Source: Chitinophaga pinensis | GTDB lineage: Bacteria; Bacteroidota; Bacteroidia; NS11-12g; UBA955 | Direction: 5' to 3' | Assembly (NCBI GenBank): GCA_945890895.1 | Contig: CAMDDG010000008.1 | Location: 1,288-65,287 of the forward strand | DNA length: 64,000 nt | In this document: one piece after another, positions 39,501-47,741 of the stretch | How the letters are laid out: every line of letters begins with the position of its first letter | Numbering within the stretch: position 1 is the first letter of the stretch | Notes under the pieces: model-generated | What the model was told of the DNA's origin: nothing | Seen by the model: only the letters and a program-made list of their open reading frames with translations | Database searches by the model: none | Position numbers and translations under genes: made by a program

Positions 39501-39611
39501 AATCTTCTCGAAGTTTTGAGATGCACATATTACATTCGTTTTTATAAAAATGAATTGTATGAATCCCCAGAAAATCAAATTAAAAAATTGCTGTGCAATG
39601 ACTTTCTTCAC
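36591..39611 (-). CDS. Large AT-rich hypothetical outer-membrane protein; the C-terminal region is Omp85/surface-antigen-like beta-barrel, the N-terminal ~650 aa are unassigned
   Basis: 1006 aa with a signal-like N-terminus. The C-terminal part shows GVGGNVRGISSA, NIQSELSLPI, YIWGDAGIGF and a terminal ...SMGNIF (aromatic terminal residue typical of OM beta-barrels). It lies directly upstream of, and on the same strand as, mreB. Confidence 0.45.
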   Translation of the reverse strand: MKKVIAQQFFNLIFWGFIQFIFIKTNVICASQNFEKIAVLDNTAFCKNSWMQNASEIRIKNTNHIPILNGNGSKNDFVDFANYQNSKNPHLVSYKQGVVEIVIDVSDVQFQKTFSIYIDSFFLVARLAINELNKSLSYKMNDQIRIFVHSPVSKFDVESPLLSNIEFNESLLEMKRQIRFSIAQQYLQEYLGGILMREKLSPTAIKPPAWLILGFCSYFSKAITFNEFEKFSYLAKKGTFNNINFIQPQFEQLFGTIIWYLFEKEKGSSINGAFWLLLKNANSFERTFYYHFEERFNVWLKKRILEIESMGFKEGKKSDFQIPLKYIEIQSIEMDLKNEQFLIYHNSGRTPIKKKINLNEFIDLESSSIHLIDSNLLINSYFQSVVNSIFHHSFNSRILIQKPIPFNRFFTVINRVFAYSDTQIMLGLIARLDTSNDGSKPILIDTVFLHKFVKESIDFSDCVLESPDHFSLIRTNGNHSEVLHYIYSESEKKWNSFATGTKGYFYHQSAIENSNQFLEYYILNNQLHANSLNKNGELLLRDTLQKITYSFDTLKTDSVLNNKNLWDSTKWYISPFEFNKSRINIPRKNNNSFLNQHTYKIENFRNWQYTEMSIYYLSNNELDLYYNSNIPVERLYNSPITLFYKGSFPNLLKQSTLNFLAFTNVNRRRLGFQISHQYKFKNNIINQQFQYRIRQFTLSNSNYFRNRSIRYDVGIYKNLLKESQNKIHRHLGINIYSKNHIDQIIPLNLNEISTRAPIQNIQLQTINVELSQGFKIPISRVNLIADYSFNMENGYYKNSGETERISAIGGTVNVSKRFRMLNWNTRIKSRYSITQKNVFYWLMGNNGWIDPNQFNNSSGYSGEFIRQYPLQGVGGNVRGISSASRGGTSYFNIQSELSLPITSLIPSYSINGPFLKSLKFYIWGDAGIGFVNGSPYHYKNPYNTLVYSTPNYLLTATANRDPWISSRGFGIKFKLIEMDFRLEYGLGKVGDFSSRPQFSISMGNIF

Positions 39612-39734
39612 GGTTAAAGTTTTTAGGGATAAAATGGGTTGTACTCAAATATAATTAAGTTTGTTGAATTCAACACGATCGGTTCAATTTCTAAAATGAT
39701 TTTTTCATTCAAGTGATTAATTGTAGTTTTGAAT

Positions 39735-40952
39735 ATGCATTCAACGCAGTATTATATTGATTTAGAAGACCAATTCGGAGCTCATAATTACCATCCCATT
39801 CCTGTGGTAATTGAAAAAGGAGAAGGTATTTTTGTTTGGGATGTGGAAGGGAAGAAGTATTTCGATTTTCTTTCAGCGTATTCAGCTGTTAACCAAGGAC
39901 ATTGTCACCCTAGAATAATCAAAGCTTTAAACGATCAGGCCAGTAAGTTAACATTAACATCAAGAGCCTTTCACAACAATGTATTGGGAGAATACGAAAA
40001 ATTCATTACTGAATTGTTTGGATATGATCGCGTTTTACCAATGAATACAGGAGTAGAAGGCGGTGAAACAGCAGTTAAATTGGCTAGAAAATGGGGATAT
40101 GAAGTTAAAGGAATTCCTCAAAATCAAGCAGTTGTGTTATTTGCGGAAGGTAATTTTTGGGGAAGAACAATCGCAGCAATTTCTTCGAGTAATGATCCCG
40201 ATAGTTATGGTGGATTTGGTCCATTCGTTCCTAACTTTAAATCCATTCCATACAATGATTTAGAAGCTTTAGAAAAAGCATTGTTGGATTCCAATGTTTG
40301 TGCATTTATGGTAGAACCCATTCAAGGAGAAGCGGGAGTTGTAGTACCAGATGAAGGATATTTGCAAGGCGTTCGTGCACTTTGCTCTAAACATGAAGTT
40401 CTGTTCATAGCCGATGAAGTTCAAACTGGAATTGGTAGAACCGGTAAATTAACTTGTTGCGAACATGAAAATGTAAAACCCGATTTATTGATATTGGGTA
40501 AAGCTTTAGGGGGAGGAGTGTTGCCCGTAAGTGCTGTTTTAGGAAACGATGAAGTTATGCTTACTTTAAAACCGGGACAACATGGTTCAACTTTTGGCGG
40601 AAATCCTTTGGCATGTGCCGTTGCTAAAGAGTCGCTTAATGTTATTGTTGATGAGAAATTAATAGAGAATGCGGAGAGAATGGGGCAAATTTTTAGAGAA
40701 AAACTCTCCAATATGAACCTACCCATGATTGATTTTGTGCGAGGTAAAGGGTTGTTAAATGCGATTCGTATTGAACCCTTTAATGGCAACAAAAAAGCCT
40801 ACGACGTTTGTATTCAATTAAAAAAGAATGGATTACTAGCAAAACAAACGCATGAACACATCATTCGATTCGCTCCACCGTTAATCATTACTGAAGAACA
40901 AATTATTCAAGCAGCAGAAATAATTGAAAAATCTCTGAAAGAAATGATGTAA
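39735..40952 (+). CDS. rocD: Ornithine--oxo-acid aminotransferase
   Basis: Class-III PLP aminotransferase closely matching OAT patterns: [53 protein letters not shown]. Confidence 0.85.
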   Translation: MHSTQYYIDLEDQFGAHNYHPIPVVIEKGEGIFVWDVEGKKYFDFLSAYSAVNQGHCHPRIIKALNDQASKLTLTSRAFHNNVLGEYEKFITELFGYDRVLPMNTGVEGGETAVKLARKWGYEVKGIPQNQAVVLFAEGNFWGRTIAAISSSNDPDSYGGFGPFVPNFKSIPYNDLEALEKALLDSNVCAFMVEPIQGEAGVVVPDEGYLQGVRALCSKHEVLFIADEVQTGIGRTGKLTCCEHENVKPDLLILGKALGGGVLPVSAVLGNDEVMLTLKPGQHGSTFGGNPLACAVAKESLNVIVDEKLIENAERMGQIFREKLSNMNLPMIDFVRGKGLLNAIRIEPFNGNKKAYDVCIQLKKNGLLAKQTHEHIIRFAPPLIITEEQIIQAAEIIEKSLKEMM

Positions 40953-40987
40953 AAATAAAAATAAGTATTATTTTTGCATTCCTTTCA

Positions 40988-41076
40988 GCTCGGGTGGCGG
41001 AATAGGTAGACGCGCAGGACTTAAAATCCTGTTGACAGTAATGTCAGTACGGGTTCGATTCCCGTCCCGAGCACCA
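40988..41076 (+). tRNA. tRNA-Leu (anticodon UAA) with a long variable arm and an encoded CCA end
   Basis: Acceptor stem GCTCGGG/CCCGAGC, anticodon stem-loop CAGGA-CTTAAAA-TCCTG (anticodon TAA), variable arm TTGACAGTAATGTCAG, T-arm GGGTTCGATTCCC, then A-CCA. A TATTTTTG box lies at 40969-40976. Confidence 0.9.
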
Positions 41077-41077
41077 A

Positions 41078-42091
41078 ATGCGCACTACCGCAATTTTATC
41101 TCTGGTGTTAGTGCTTTCCCTAAGTTTTTGTACTAATAAACTACCAGAAGGCGCTTTCTACATCTCGGAAACAGATACTTCATTTCCAGAAGATATTCGA
41201 TCAATTTCCCAAAAAATAAACAACAGTCCAACCGATCCGAATAATTTTTACCTTAGAGGTAATGCATTTTATTTTTTGGATCGTTATCTCGAAGCAGCCC
41301 GTGATTATAAAACGGCTTCCATGCTCGATGACAAAAACCCACTATATACCTTTAAAGTAGCAGAATCACTACTAGCACCCGATACAGCCAACTTTAATGA
41401 AGCCAAATCCTATTTGGAAAAAACCATTCAGCTCAAACCGGATTATTCCGAAGCCATTTATTTGAAATCGAAAATTGATCTGGCCAGACAACAATATCCT
41501 ACATTAGAAACCTCCATTAAACCGCTGCTGATTAATCCTGAGTTTAAGGAAAAAGCACTCATGTTGCTCGTTTTGGCACAGAAAGAACAAGGTGATACGG
41601 TTTCTGCAATTTCATTGTGCGATCGAATATTGTCTGAATATCCTAACTCTTTCGATGCCACCATGCAAAAAGCATTGTTTTTGTTTAAAAAAGATCCAGA
41701 ATTGAGTGAAAAATACGTAGATAAAGCCATAGTTATAAATGAATTTTCTGACGAAGCCCTTTATACAAAAGGTCTACTGCTTCAACAAAAAGGACAATTC
41801 AAAGACGCAGTGAAATTCTACGATAAAGTCATTAAAATCAATAGCTTTCATGTGTTTTCATATTACAATAAAGCAGTGATAGAAACTCTATTTGAAAATT
41901 ATTCGGCAGCTATTGCTTTGTGTGATAAAATCATTTCGCTTAATCCTAACGACGCTAAAACGTATGTTTTAAAAGGAGTGTGTGCGGAAAACATTGGAAA
42001 TAAAAAAGCCGCCAAAGAAAATTATTTGACGGCTCTCAAATTAGATCCGAAATATCCATTAGATTCAGATCAATTGCAGTTAATAAAATAA
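41078..42091 (+). CDS. TPR-repeat lipoprotein
   Basis: Lipobox LSLSFC and multiple TPR units (FYLRGNAFYFLDRYLEAARDYKTASMLD, YVLKGVCAENIGNKKAAKENYLTALKLDP). Confidence 0.7.
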   Translation: MRTTAILSLVLVLSLSFCTNKLPEGAFYISETDTSFPEDIRSISQKINNSPTDPNNFYLRGNAFYFLDRYLEAARDYKTASMLDDKNPLYTFKVAESLLAPDTANFNEAKSYLEKTIQLKPDYSEAIYLKSKIDLARQQYPTLETSIKPLLINPEFKEKALMLLVLAQKEQGDTVSAISLCDRILSEYPNSFDATMQKALFLFKKDPELSEKYVDKAIVINEFSDEALYTKGLLLQQKGQFKDAVKFYDKVIKINSFHVFSYYNKAVIETLFENYSAAIALCDKIISLNPNDAKTYVLKGVCAENIGNKKAAKENYLTALKLDPKYPLDSDQLQLIK

Positions 42092-42092
42092 A

Positions 42093-42539
42093 TTATTTTA
42101 CCAAGGTCAATCTCCAAGTATTGATATCACCTTGGTGAGTTTCGTAATAGTATCTCAAAACGATTTCTGTTCCAGTCATTTTTTCGATGTACCACTTGTA
42201 ACCAATTAAGTTTACGAAGTTGTCGTCGGCACTAGCCATTGACCAAGTTAAATTTTCAGAAGTTGGATCGGAAGGATCACATTTTACTGAATTGTTTTTC
42301 CATGTTAGATTGGTGTTACTTGTAAACTCATAGGTGTCGTCTTTTTCACATGCTCCATAGGTTTCTTCAACACCGGCACTGGATGAATCGGTGAATGAAA
42401 TACTTCTCCATGTGCGCATTTTAAATACCTCTTGCTTTGTTTTTCCTGTAATATCATCATCATTCGCTGGGTCTTTTTCACAAGATGCAATGAAAACCAT
42501 TGATAACAGGGCTAATCCATAAAAAAATTTCCTTAACAT
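42093..42539 (-). CDS. Small lipoprotein, lipocalin-like (hypothetical)
   Basis: Lipobox FIASC; 148 aa and beta-rich. I recognise no catalytic motif. Confidence 0.5.
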   Translation of the reverse strand: MLRKFFYGLALLSMVFIASCEKDPANDDDITGKTKQEVFKMRTWRSISFTDSSSAGVEETYGACEKDDTYEFTSNTNLTWKNNSVKCDPSDPTSENLTWSMASADDNFVNLIGYKWYIEKMTGTEIVLRYYYETHQGDINTWRLTLVK

Positions 42540-42614
42540 AAGGCCAAATATAGTAATTTACTGGAAAGATGCAGTAAAAAAATCAATTGTAATTTTAAAA
42601 AAATTACAATTAAA

Positions 42615-43340
42615 TTAATCCTGCATAAGATCTTGAATTACTTCACCCGCCATCCTTAAACCGAACAATGCCGGCATGTAGGAAATAGTTCCGTAAAACG
42701 ATTTCTTATAATTACTACCATCGGTTAATCTCAAACTTTCGCGCAATAAATCACCATGATTGAAAACCGTTTTGAATCCTTTGTATATTTTGAGTTTCTT
42801 TAATCTTTTTCGAACCGTACGAGCAAATGGACAATTGTACGTTTTCTGTATATCTGCAACTTTAACTGTTGAAGCATTCACCTTTCCACCAGCGCCCATA
42901 CTGCTAATTAAACGTTGATTTAAATCTACACATGTTTTTATTAGATAGATTTTTGGAGAAACACTATCTATGCAGTCCATCACGTAATCATACCGATTAT
43001 TTCTAATTAATGCAATGGTATCGTCTGGAGATTGAAAAGTATCGATTACCTTTAAATTTAAATCTGGATTGATATCCAACATTCGCGCTTGCATTACAGC
43101 AGCCTTCGATAGACCAACTGTGCTACTCAGCGCTGGTAGCTGCCTATTCTTATTCGTAATATCCACCGTATCGCCATCAATAATCGTTAAATTACCAACT
43201 CCAGCTCTACAAATAAATTCAGCTGCAAAACTACCCACTCCGCCAAGTCCAACTATTAGGACATTGGCCTTTGTTAATTTTCCAAGAGATTCGGCGCCAA
43301 CTAATAATTCAGTTCGTTCGAGCCAATACTTTTCCGACAT
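42615..43340 (-). CDS. tcdA: tRNA threonylcarbamoyladenosine dehydratase (ThiF/MoeB-fold E1-like)
   Basis: VLIVGLGGVGSFAAEFICRAGVGNLTIIDGDTVDITNKNRQ matches the TcdA/CsdL Rossmann region; the 241-aa size fits. Confidence 0.75.
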   Translation of the reverse strand: MSEKYWLERTELLVGAESLGKLTKANVLIVGLGGVGSFAAEFICRAGVGNLTIIDGDTVDITNKNRQLPALSSTVGLSKAAVMQARMLDINPDLNLKVIDTFQSPDDTIALIRNNRYDYVMDCIDSVSPKIYLIKTCVDLNQRLISSMGAGGKVNASTVKVADIQKTYNCPFARTVRKRLKKLKIYKGFKTVFNHGDLLRESLRLTDGSNYKKSFYGTISYMPALFGLRMAGEVIQDLMQD

Positions 43341-43409
43341 TCTGCAAAAATACAGTCAGAAAACAGGAATCGCTAAGCAGTTTTCAACAAATCAACGTAA
43401 TATTGACAC

Positions 43410-45809
43410 ATGAATATGCCAAAATGGTTACTGAGCGCCTGTTTTTTTACTCTTTTATTGATTTCGGGAGATGTATTTTCGGATTCAATTTCATTTCGAA
43501 ATCCTCATTTAATAAAACAACATTACCAGCAAAAATCAGTTTTCGTTTCTCCCATTTTATCGCCAGTTTTAACTCATCCTAAGGCAGGTAACTCGTTGAA
43601 ATTGTTATTTTTAGACTTAAGTATTCAAAAAAACCAAACCCATTTAGAAGATAGGCCAGATTTATTTTGGGAAAATTGGCAAAGTCACGCATTTATTAAA
43701 GATTCAGAACAGAAGTATATTTTATTGATTCAAGTAATTTATAATTCATCGCGTTTTAGCGATGAATATTCTCTAAATATTGTGAATCAATACGGAGCTC
43801 AATTTTTTCAACTTCGTTTGTACAAACATGAAATTCCAGATTTGTTGAATCATCCAGAAGTGATTCATGTGGAATTAGCCAATAAATTTAACGCTCCAAG
43901 AATGCTTGATGATCGTTCTCGAATTAAATCCAATGTAATTCAAGCTCAGAATATAAACAATCTAAAAATTAAAGGAAAGGGTGTTGTTACAGGAATAGTG
44001 GACATTGGATTTCAAGCAACTCATCCCAATTTTTATGATTCGTTAGGTAAAAATTATCGAGTAAAGCGATTTTGGCATCAAGGTTATCCCAACCAGGATG
44101 GACCAAAGCCTTATAATTATGGAATTCTATTTTCAACACCTGAATCCATTTTAAAAGCGGTGGATTACGATGGTACTCACGGTACACATGTTACGGGAAT
44201 TGCTGCTGGTGCAGGGTATCCATCCCCCGAAAATAAATTCCAAGGAATGGCACCTGAGTCGGATATTGTTTGGGTGGGTATTAAGTACAAAAATGATACG
44301 CTTCAGGGTAGTGCATTGGGTGATTATGTTGTGGCTAATCCAACCATTCTTGACGGCTTCGATTATATTTTTAACTATGCCGATTCAATGAAAATGCCGG
44401 CAGTGTGTAATTTGAGTTGGGGAATGCATACAGGTCCTCATGATGGTACATCTCTTTTTGATTTAAGTTTGGAGTCCTTAGTAAACCAAAAAAATAAATG
44501 GAATCAATCGCATAATGGTAGAATTATTGTGGGTGCCAACGGAAATGATGCTCGAAATAATATGCATGTGCAAATGAACTTGAATAATGATACTTTTGAA
44601 ACATTGGCCATGGATCGAAGTCGAACGGATTATAAAACTGAAAATGTTTATTGTGACTTTTGGTTTGAGCCACAAACAAATACAGTGTTTAAAGTGAGCA
44701 TAATTGATTCATTGAATAATGAATTGATTTCATCGGATTTTTACAATATTCAAACGGATGGTGCAAAAATTCTCAATTTAGGAACTTCGAAAGGAGATAG
44801 TTTGCGATTGGTATTTTCAACCCAAAAAAATTACGTTAATAATGGTAAATCCAATTTGTGGTTAATGGCAGAAGCTAACTCAAATAAACGATTCATTAAA
44901 ATTACGTTTGCAGGCAACGGAATCGTGCACGGTTGGAATTCTGGACGCACATACCAATGGACATCTGGTACATTCCGAAGTTATATTCAAAATTTAAAAC
45001 CCGCAAATTGGGTAGAAGGGGATGCCGAATTTTGTATGGGTGAAAATGGGGGGACTTCGAAATCCATAATTAGCGTGGGGGCCTATAATAATCGTATTTC
45101 ATGGACTAATTTTCAAGGTATTTACCGAGTAGATTCTGCCGTAAAAGAAGGCGATTATGCCCGATTTACAAGTAGAGGACCAACTCCTGATGGACGGATT
45201 AAACCGGACATTAGCGCTCCAGGACAATATATTGCTTCATCGTATCATAAAGATTTAGTACCTCAATGGCTGTTACCTTTTGTGCTATTTCGCGGTTCTT
45301 TTGGTAGTGATAGCGTATTTTATGCAATGTCCAGTGGAACATCTATGGCAGCGCCACACGTTACGGGAATTGTAGCACTCATGCTTCAAGCTGCTCATGG
45401 CAATTTGGATTACAGCGAGGTTATGCAGATTATCAAAGAAACCGCAAAACGCGATGAATTCACAGGACTCAATGAAAATACTATCTGGGGAGCTGGAAAA
45501 ATTGATGCATTCGAATGCGTTAAAAAAGCATTGGAATTCGGTTCCAGCTACCGAATTGGTAATTTTGAAAAACCCATTTGTTATTTGACTTCTCGTGAAT
45601 TAAGGATTCTGGAAAATTCAGTCAATTCCAATCAATCATTTGAGGGATGGAATTGTGCCGTATTGGATCTATCGGGTAGAACCCTGGCATTGGGATCCAT
45701 TAAATCCGGAAAATTTGAATTCAAAAATCAAATTCCTCATGGCATGTATTTCATTGAAATATTCAATTCTGAGCAACGATTTGGAGTAAAGTTGGTCAAT
45801 TTTGACTAG
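43410..45809 (+). CDS. S8-family (subtilisin-like) serine peptidase with a T9SS type-A C-terminal sorting domain
   Basis: Catalytic triad contexts VTGIVDIGF (Asp), HGTHVTGIAAG (His) and SGTSMAAPHVTGIVAL (Ser). The C-terminus ...LDLSGRTLALGSIKSGKFEFKNQIPHGMYFIEIFNSEQRFGVKLVNFD is T9SS-CTD-like. Confidence 0.85.
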   Translation: MNMPKWLLSACFFTLLLISGDVFSDSISFRNPHLIKQHYQQKSVFVSPILSPVLTHPKAGNSLKLLFLDLSIQKNQTHLEDRPDLFWENWQSHAFIKDSEQKYILLIQVIYNSSRFSDEYSLNIVNQYGAQFFQLRLYKHEIPDLLNHPEVIHVELANKFNAPRMLDDRSRIKSNVIQAQNINNLKIKGKGVVTGIVDIGFQATHPNFYDSLGKNYRVKRFWHQGYPNQDGPKPYNYGILFSTPESILKAVDYDGTHGTHVTGIAAGAGYPSPENKFQGMAPESDIVWVGIKYKNDTLQGSALGDYVVANPTILDGFDYIFNYADSMKMPAVCNLSWGMHTGPHDGTSLFDLSLESLVNQKNKWNQSHNGRIIVGANGNDARNNMHVQMNLNNDTFETLAMDRSRTDYKTENVYCDFWFEPQTNTVFKVSIIDSLNNELISSDFYNIQTDGAKILNLGTSKGDSLRLVFSTQKNYVNNGKSNLWLMAEANSNKRFIKITFAGNGIVHGWNSGRTYQWTSGTFRSYIQNLKPANWVEGDAEFCMGENGGTSKSIISVGAYNNRISWTNFQGIYRVDSAVKEGDYARFTSRGPTPDGRIKPDISAPGQYIASSYHKDLVPQWLLPFVLFRGSFGSDSVFYAMSSGTSMAAPHVTGIVALMLQAAHGNLDYSEVMQIIKETAKRDEFTGLNENTIWGAGKIDAFECVKKALEFGSSYRIGNFEKPICYLTSRELRILENSVNSNQSFEGWNCAVLDLSGRTLALGSIKSGKFEFKNQIPHGMYFIEIFNSEQRFGVKLVNFD

Positions 45810-46746
45810 CGTTTTCTTCCTTCCAGTTCAAATAAGATTGAACATGCCTTTCCTTTTTATTATCGTAAATGTCCGAAATCGTTACGAGAATTCCCGTTTC
45901 TTCAACACTTCCAAAATGATCATTAATAGATGTCCCAAATGTTTTCATTGTAGGACTTAAGCTCATATAATTATTGAATAATGGGGGCACATTTTCACCT
46001 AGATTGCGTACTTTTTGTGATAATAGGTTATAAGCACTTTTATAATCCAAGCCTTTGATTTCATTTATAAAATCAGAAATGTTGCTTTCTTTAGTTATAG
46101 TATGAACAGGACGAGTAAGCTGATCAGGATCGGGAAAAAATTCCTCCATAAATCCTAAAATTAAATCGCGTGCTTCACGATTAAAATTGGTATACATTGT
46201 AATTTTACCAAAGAAATATTGAATTTCTGGGTTGTCAATGATCAAAGCACCCAAACCATCCCACAAGTTGTCTAACGAAAAAATTCCTTTACGGCTGTTT
46301 TGTGATGGTTGATAATCGGGCTGTACAAAACTTCTGCCTAATTCAATGGTAAATGGGAAATAATCACTTTTCAATTTTTCTGAATATTGAAGTATTTCGG
46401 AAGTAGACAATATATAATTTCCGTTTTCGTCGCGATTATCTCGACAAAAAGCCAATCGATAACCACCTACAATGGCTTCGTCTTCTGGATTCCAAACTAT
46501 TAATTGTTTATATGCATATCGACCCGTGTCAAATTCATCTAAATCCAATTCTTTTCCAGTTCCACCGCCTGCCATACGGAATGAAACTTCACGTAATCTG
46601 CCAACTTCCTTCAATAAATTGGGCTTCTGGTTACCGTTAAAAATGTAAATATGATTATTGGCATTATTCGTAGGTCGAATAAAAATATCGGAGGTTAATT
46701 CGGATTTAAGAATTTCTTTGTCTATCGCTGGAATAATATTTTTCAT
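45796..46746 (-). CDS. GNAT-fold hemolysin-like N-acyltransferase, GlsB/OlsB-like (amino-acid lipid synthesis)
   Basis: 316 aa. Sequence type LREVSFRMAGGGTGKELDLDEFD...YKQLIVWNPEDEAIVGGYRL is typical of the lyso-lipid-forming N-acyltransferases. It is adjacent to a lysophospholipid acyltransferase gene, as in the Bacteroides glsB-glsA pair. Confidence 0.55.
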   Translation of the reverse strand: MKNIIPAIDKEILKSELTSDIFIRPTNNANNHIYIFNGNQKPNLLKEVGRLREVSFRMAGGGTGKELDLDEFDTGRYAYKQLIVWNPEDEAIVGGYRLAFCRDNRDENGNYILSTSEILQYSEKLKSDYFPFTIELGRSFVQPDYQPSQNSRKGIFSLDNLWDGLGALIIDNPEIQYFFGKITMYTNFNREARDLILGFMEEFFPDPDQLTRPVHTITKESNISDFINEIKGLDYKSAYNLLSQKVRNLGENVPPLFNNYMSLSPTMKTFGTSINDHFGSVEETGILVTISDIYDNKKERHVQSYLNWKEENASQN

Positions 46747-46813
46747 AAAATGGAATGTGTTAATAGTAAATAAGGCTCACAATTAAGAGCAAAAAAATGA
46801 AAATCGCAAATAC

Positions 46814-47656
46814 TCAAGAAACGTATTTCGATTCAGGATTTTCTGCTAGTTGGTAAATTAGTTTCCGCAGATTTTCTGCAGAACTGACGTGGGTGTGATG
46901 TTTGAATGAATCACTTGAAATAATTTGCCCAAATGTAATATGAATGGTTTTACCCCTTTGTTTAAACATTTCATCGGGTAAAGTAAACATCTCAAAATTC
47001 AATTTGATTCCAAAAACCTTTCGGAACTGAGAAATGAGATAAAAGCGTTTAGAATTCTGTCCACCTATGAATGCAGGTACAACAGGTAGTTGATGTTCTA
47101 TACTTTTTTTAATAACGCTTTTTTGAAAAGGTAAATCTTGAATTTTACCATCAATTTTTCGTGAAACATATCCCGATGGAAAAATTAGAATTGCTTTTCC
47201 TGAATTGTATGCATCGGCAATAAGCGATAAACTCTTTCTGTCTGAACTACCTACGCGATTTACAGGCAAGAAATGCTTTTTCAATGGCGTAATGTGAAGT
47301 AAAATATCATTAGCTAGAAATAGAAAATCTTCTCTAATTTTGGAAACTTCCAACATCATAGCCATTCCATCCATTCCCCCCAAAGGATGATTTGCTGCAA
47401 TAATACAACCGCCCGATTTCGGGATATTATGTGAACCAATGGATTGAGTTTTTACACCCAACTCATCGAAAACGGTTTGTATAAATTCAGAACCTTCGGA
47501 GCCATGTCCCTTTTTCAATATTTCATTGATATAATCTTGGTGAATAAATCGTTTAAACCAATTTAAAATAAAACGGGGTATACGTTTTAATAGCTTAGGG
47601 TTTTTATTTCCAATTATCCCTTCAAGATCGATTTGAATCAATGTGTTGTTTGACAT
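46814..47656 (-). CDS. Lysophospholipid (PlsC-family) O-acyltransferase, GlsA-like
   Basis: HX4D-type motif ANHPLGGMDG and the FPSGYVSR block; 280 aa. Confidence 0.6.
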   Translation of the reverse strand: MSNNTLIQIDLEGIIGNKNPKLLKRIPRFILNWFKRFIHQDYINEILKKGHGSEGSEFIQTVFDELGVKTQSIGSHNIPKSGGCIIAANHPLGGMDGMAMMLEVSKIREDFLFLANDILLHITPLKKHFLPVNRVGSSDRKSLSLIADAYNSGKAILIFPSGYVSRKIDGKIQDLPFQKSVIKKSIEHQLPVVPAFIGGQNSKRFYLISQFRKVFGIKLNFEMFTLPDEMFKQRGKTIHITFGQIISSDSFKHHTHVSSAENLRKLIYQLAENPESKYVS

Positions 47657-47741
47657 TTTTAAAGACGATATAGATAGTCAAATCCGAAAAATGGACCGTT
47701 TAAATAAAGTGCCCCTTCCGTTTTTGAAGGGGCAAATATAA

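Noticed and set aside
40988-42600. tRNA-Leu as a possible integration site for a mobile element
   Set aside because: There is no integrase, no direct repeat of the tRNA 3' end, and no phage or ICE genes downstream. The following genes are ordinary lipoproteins and tcdA.
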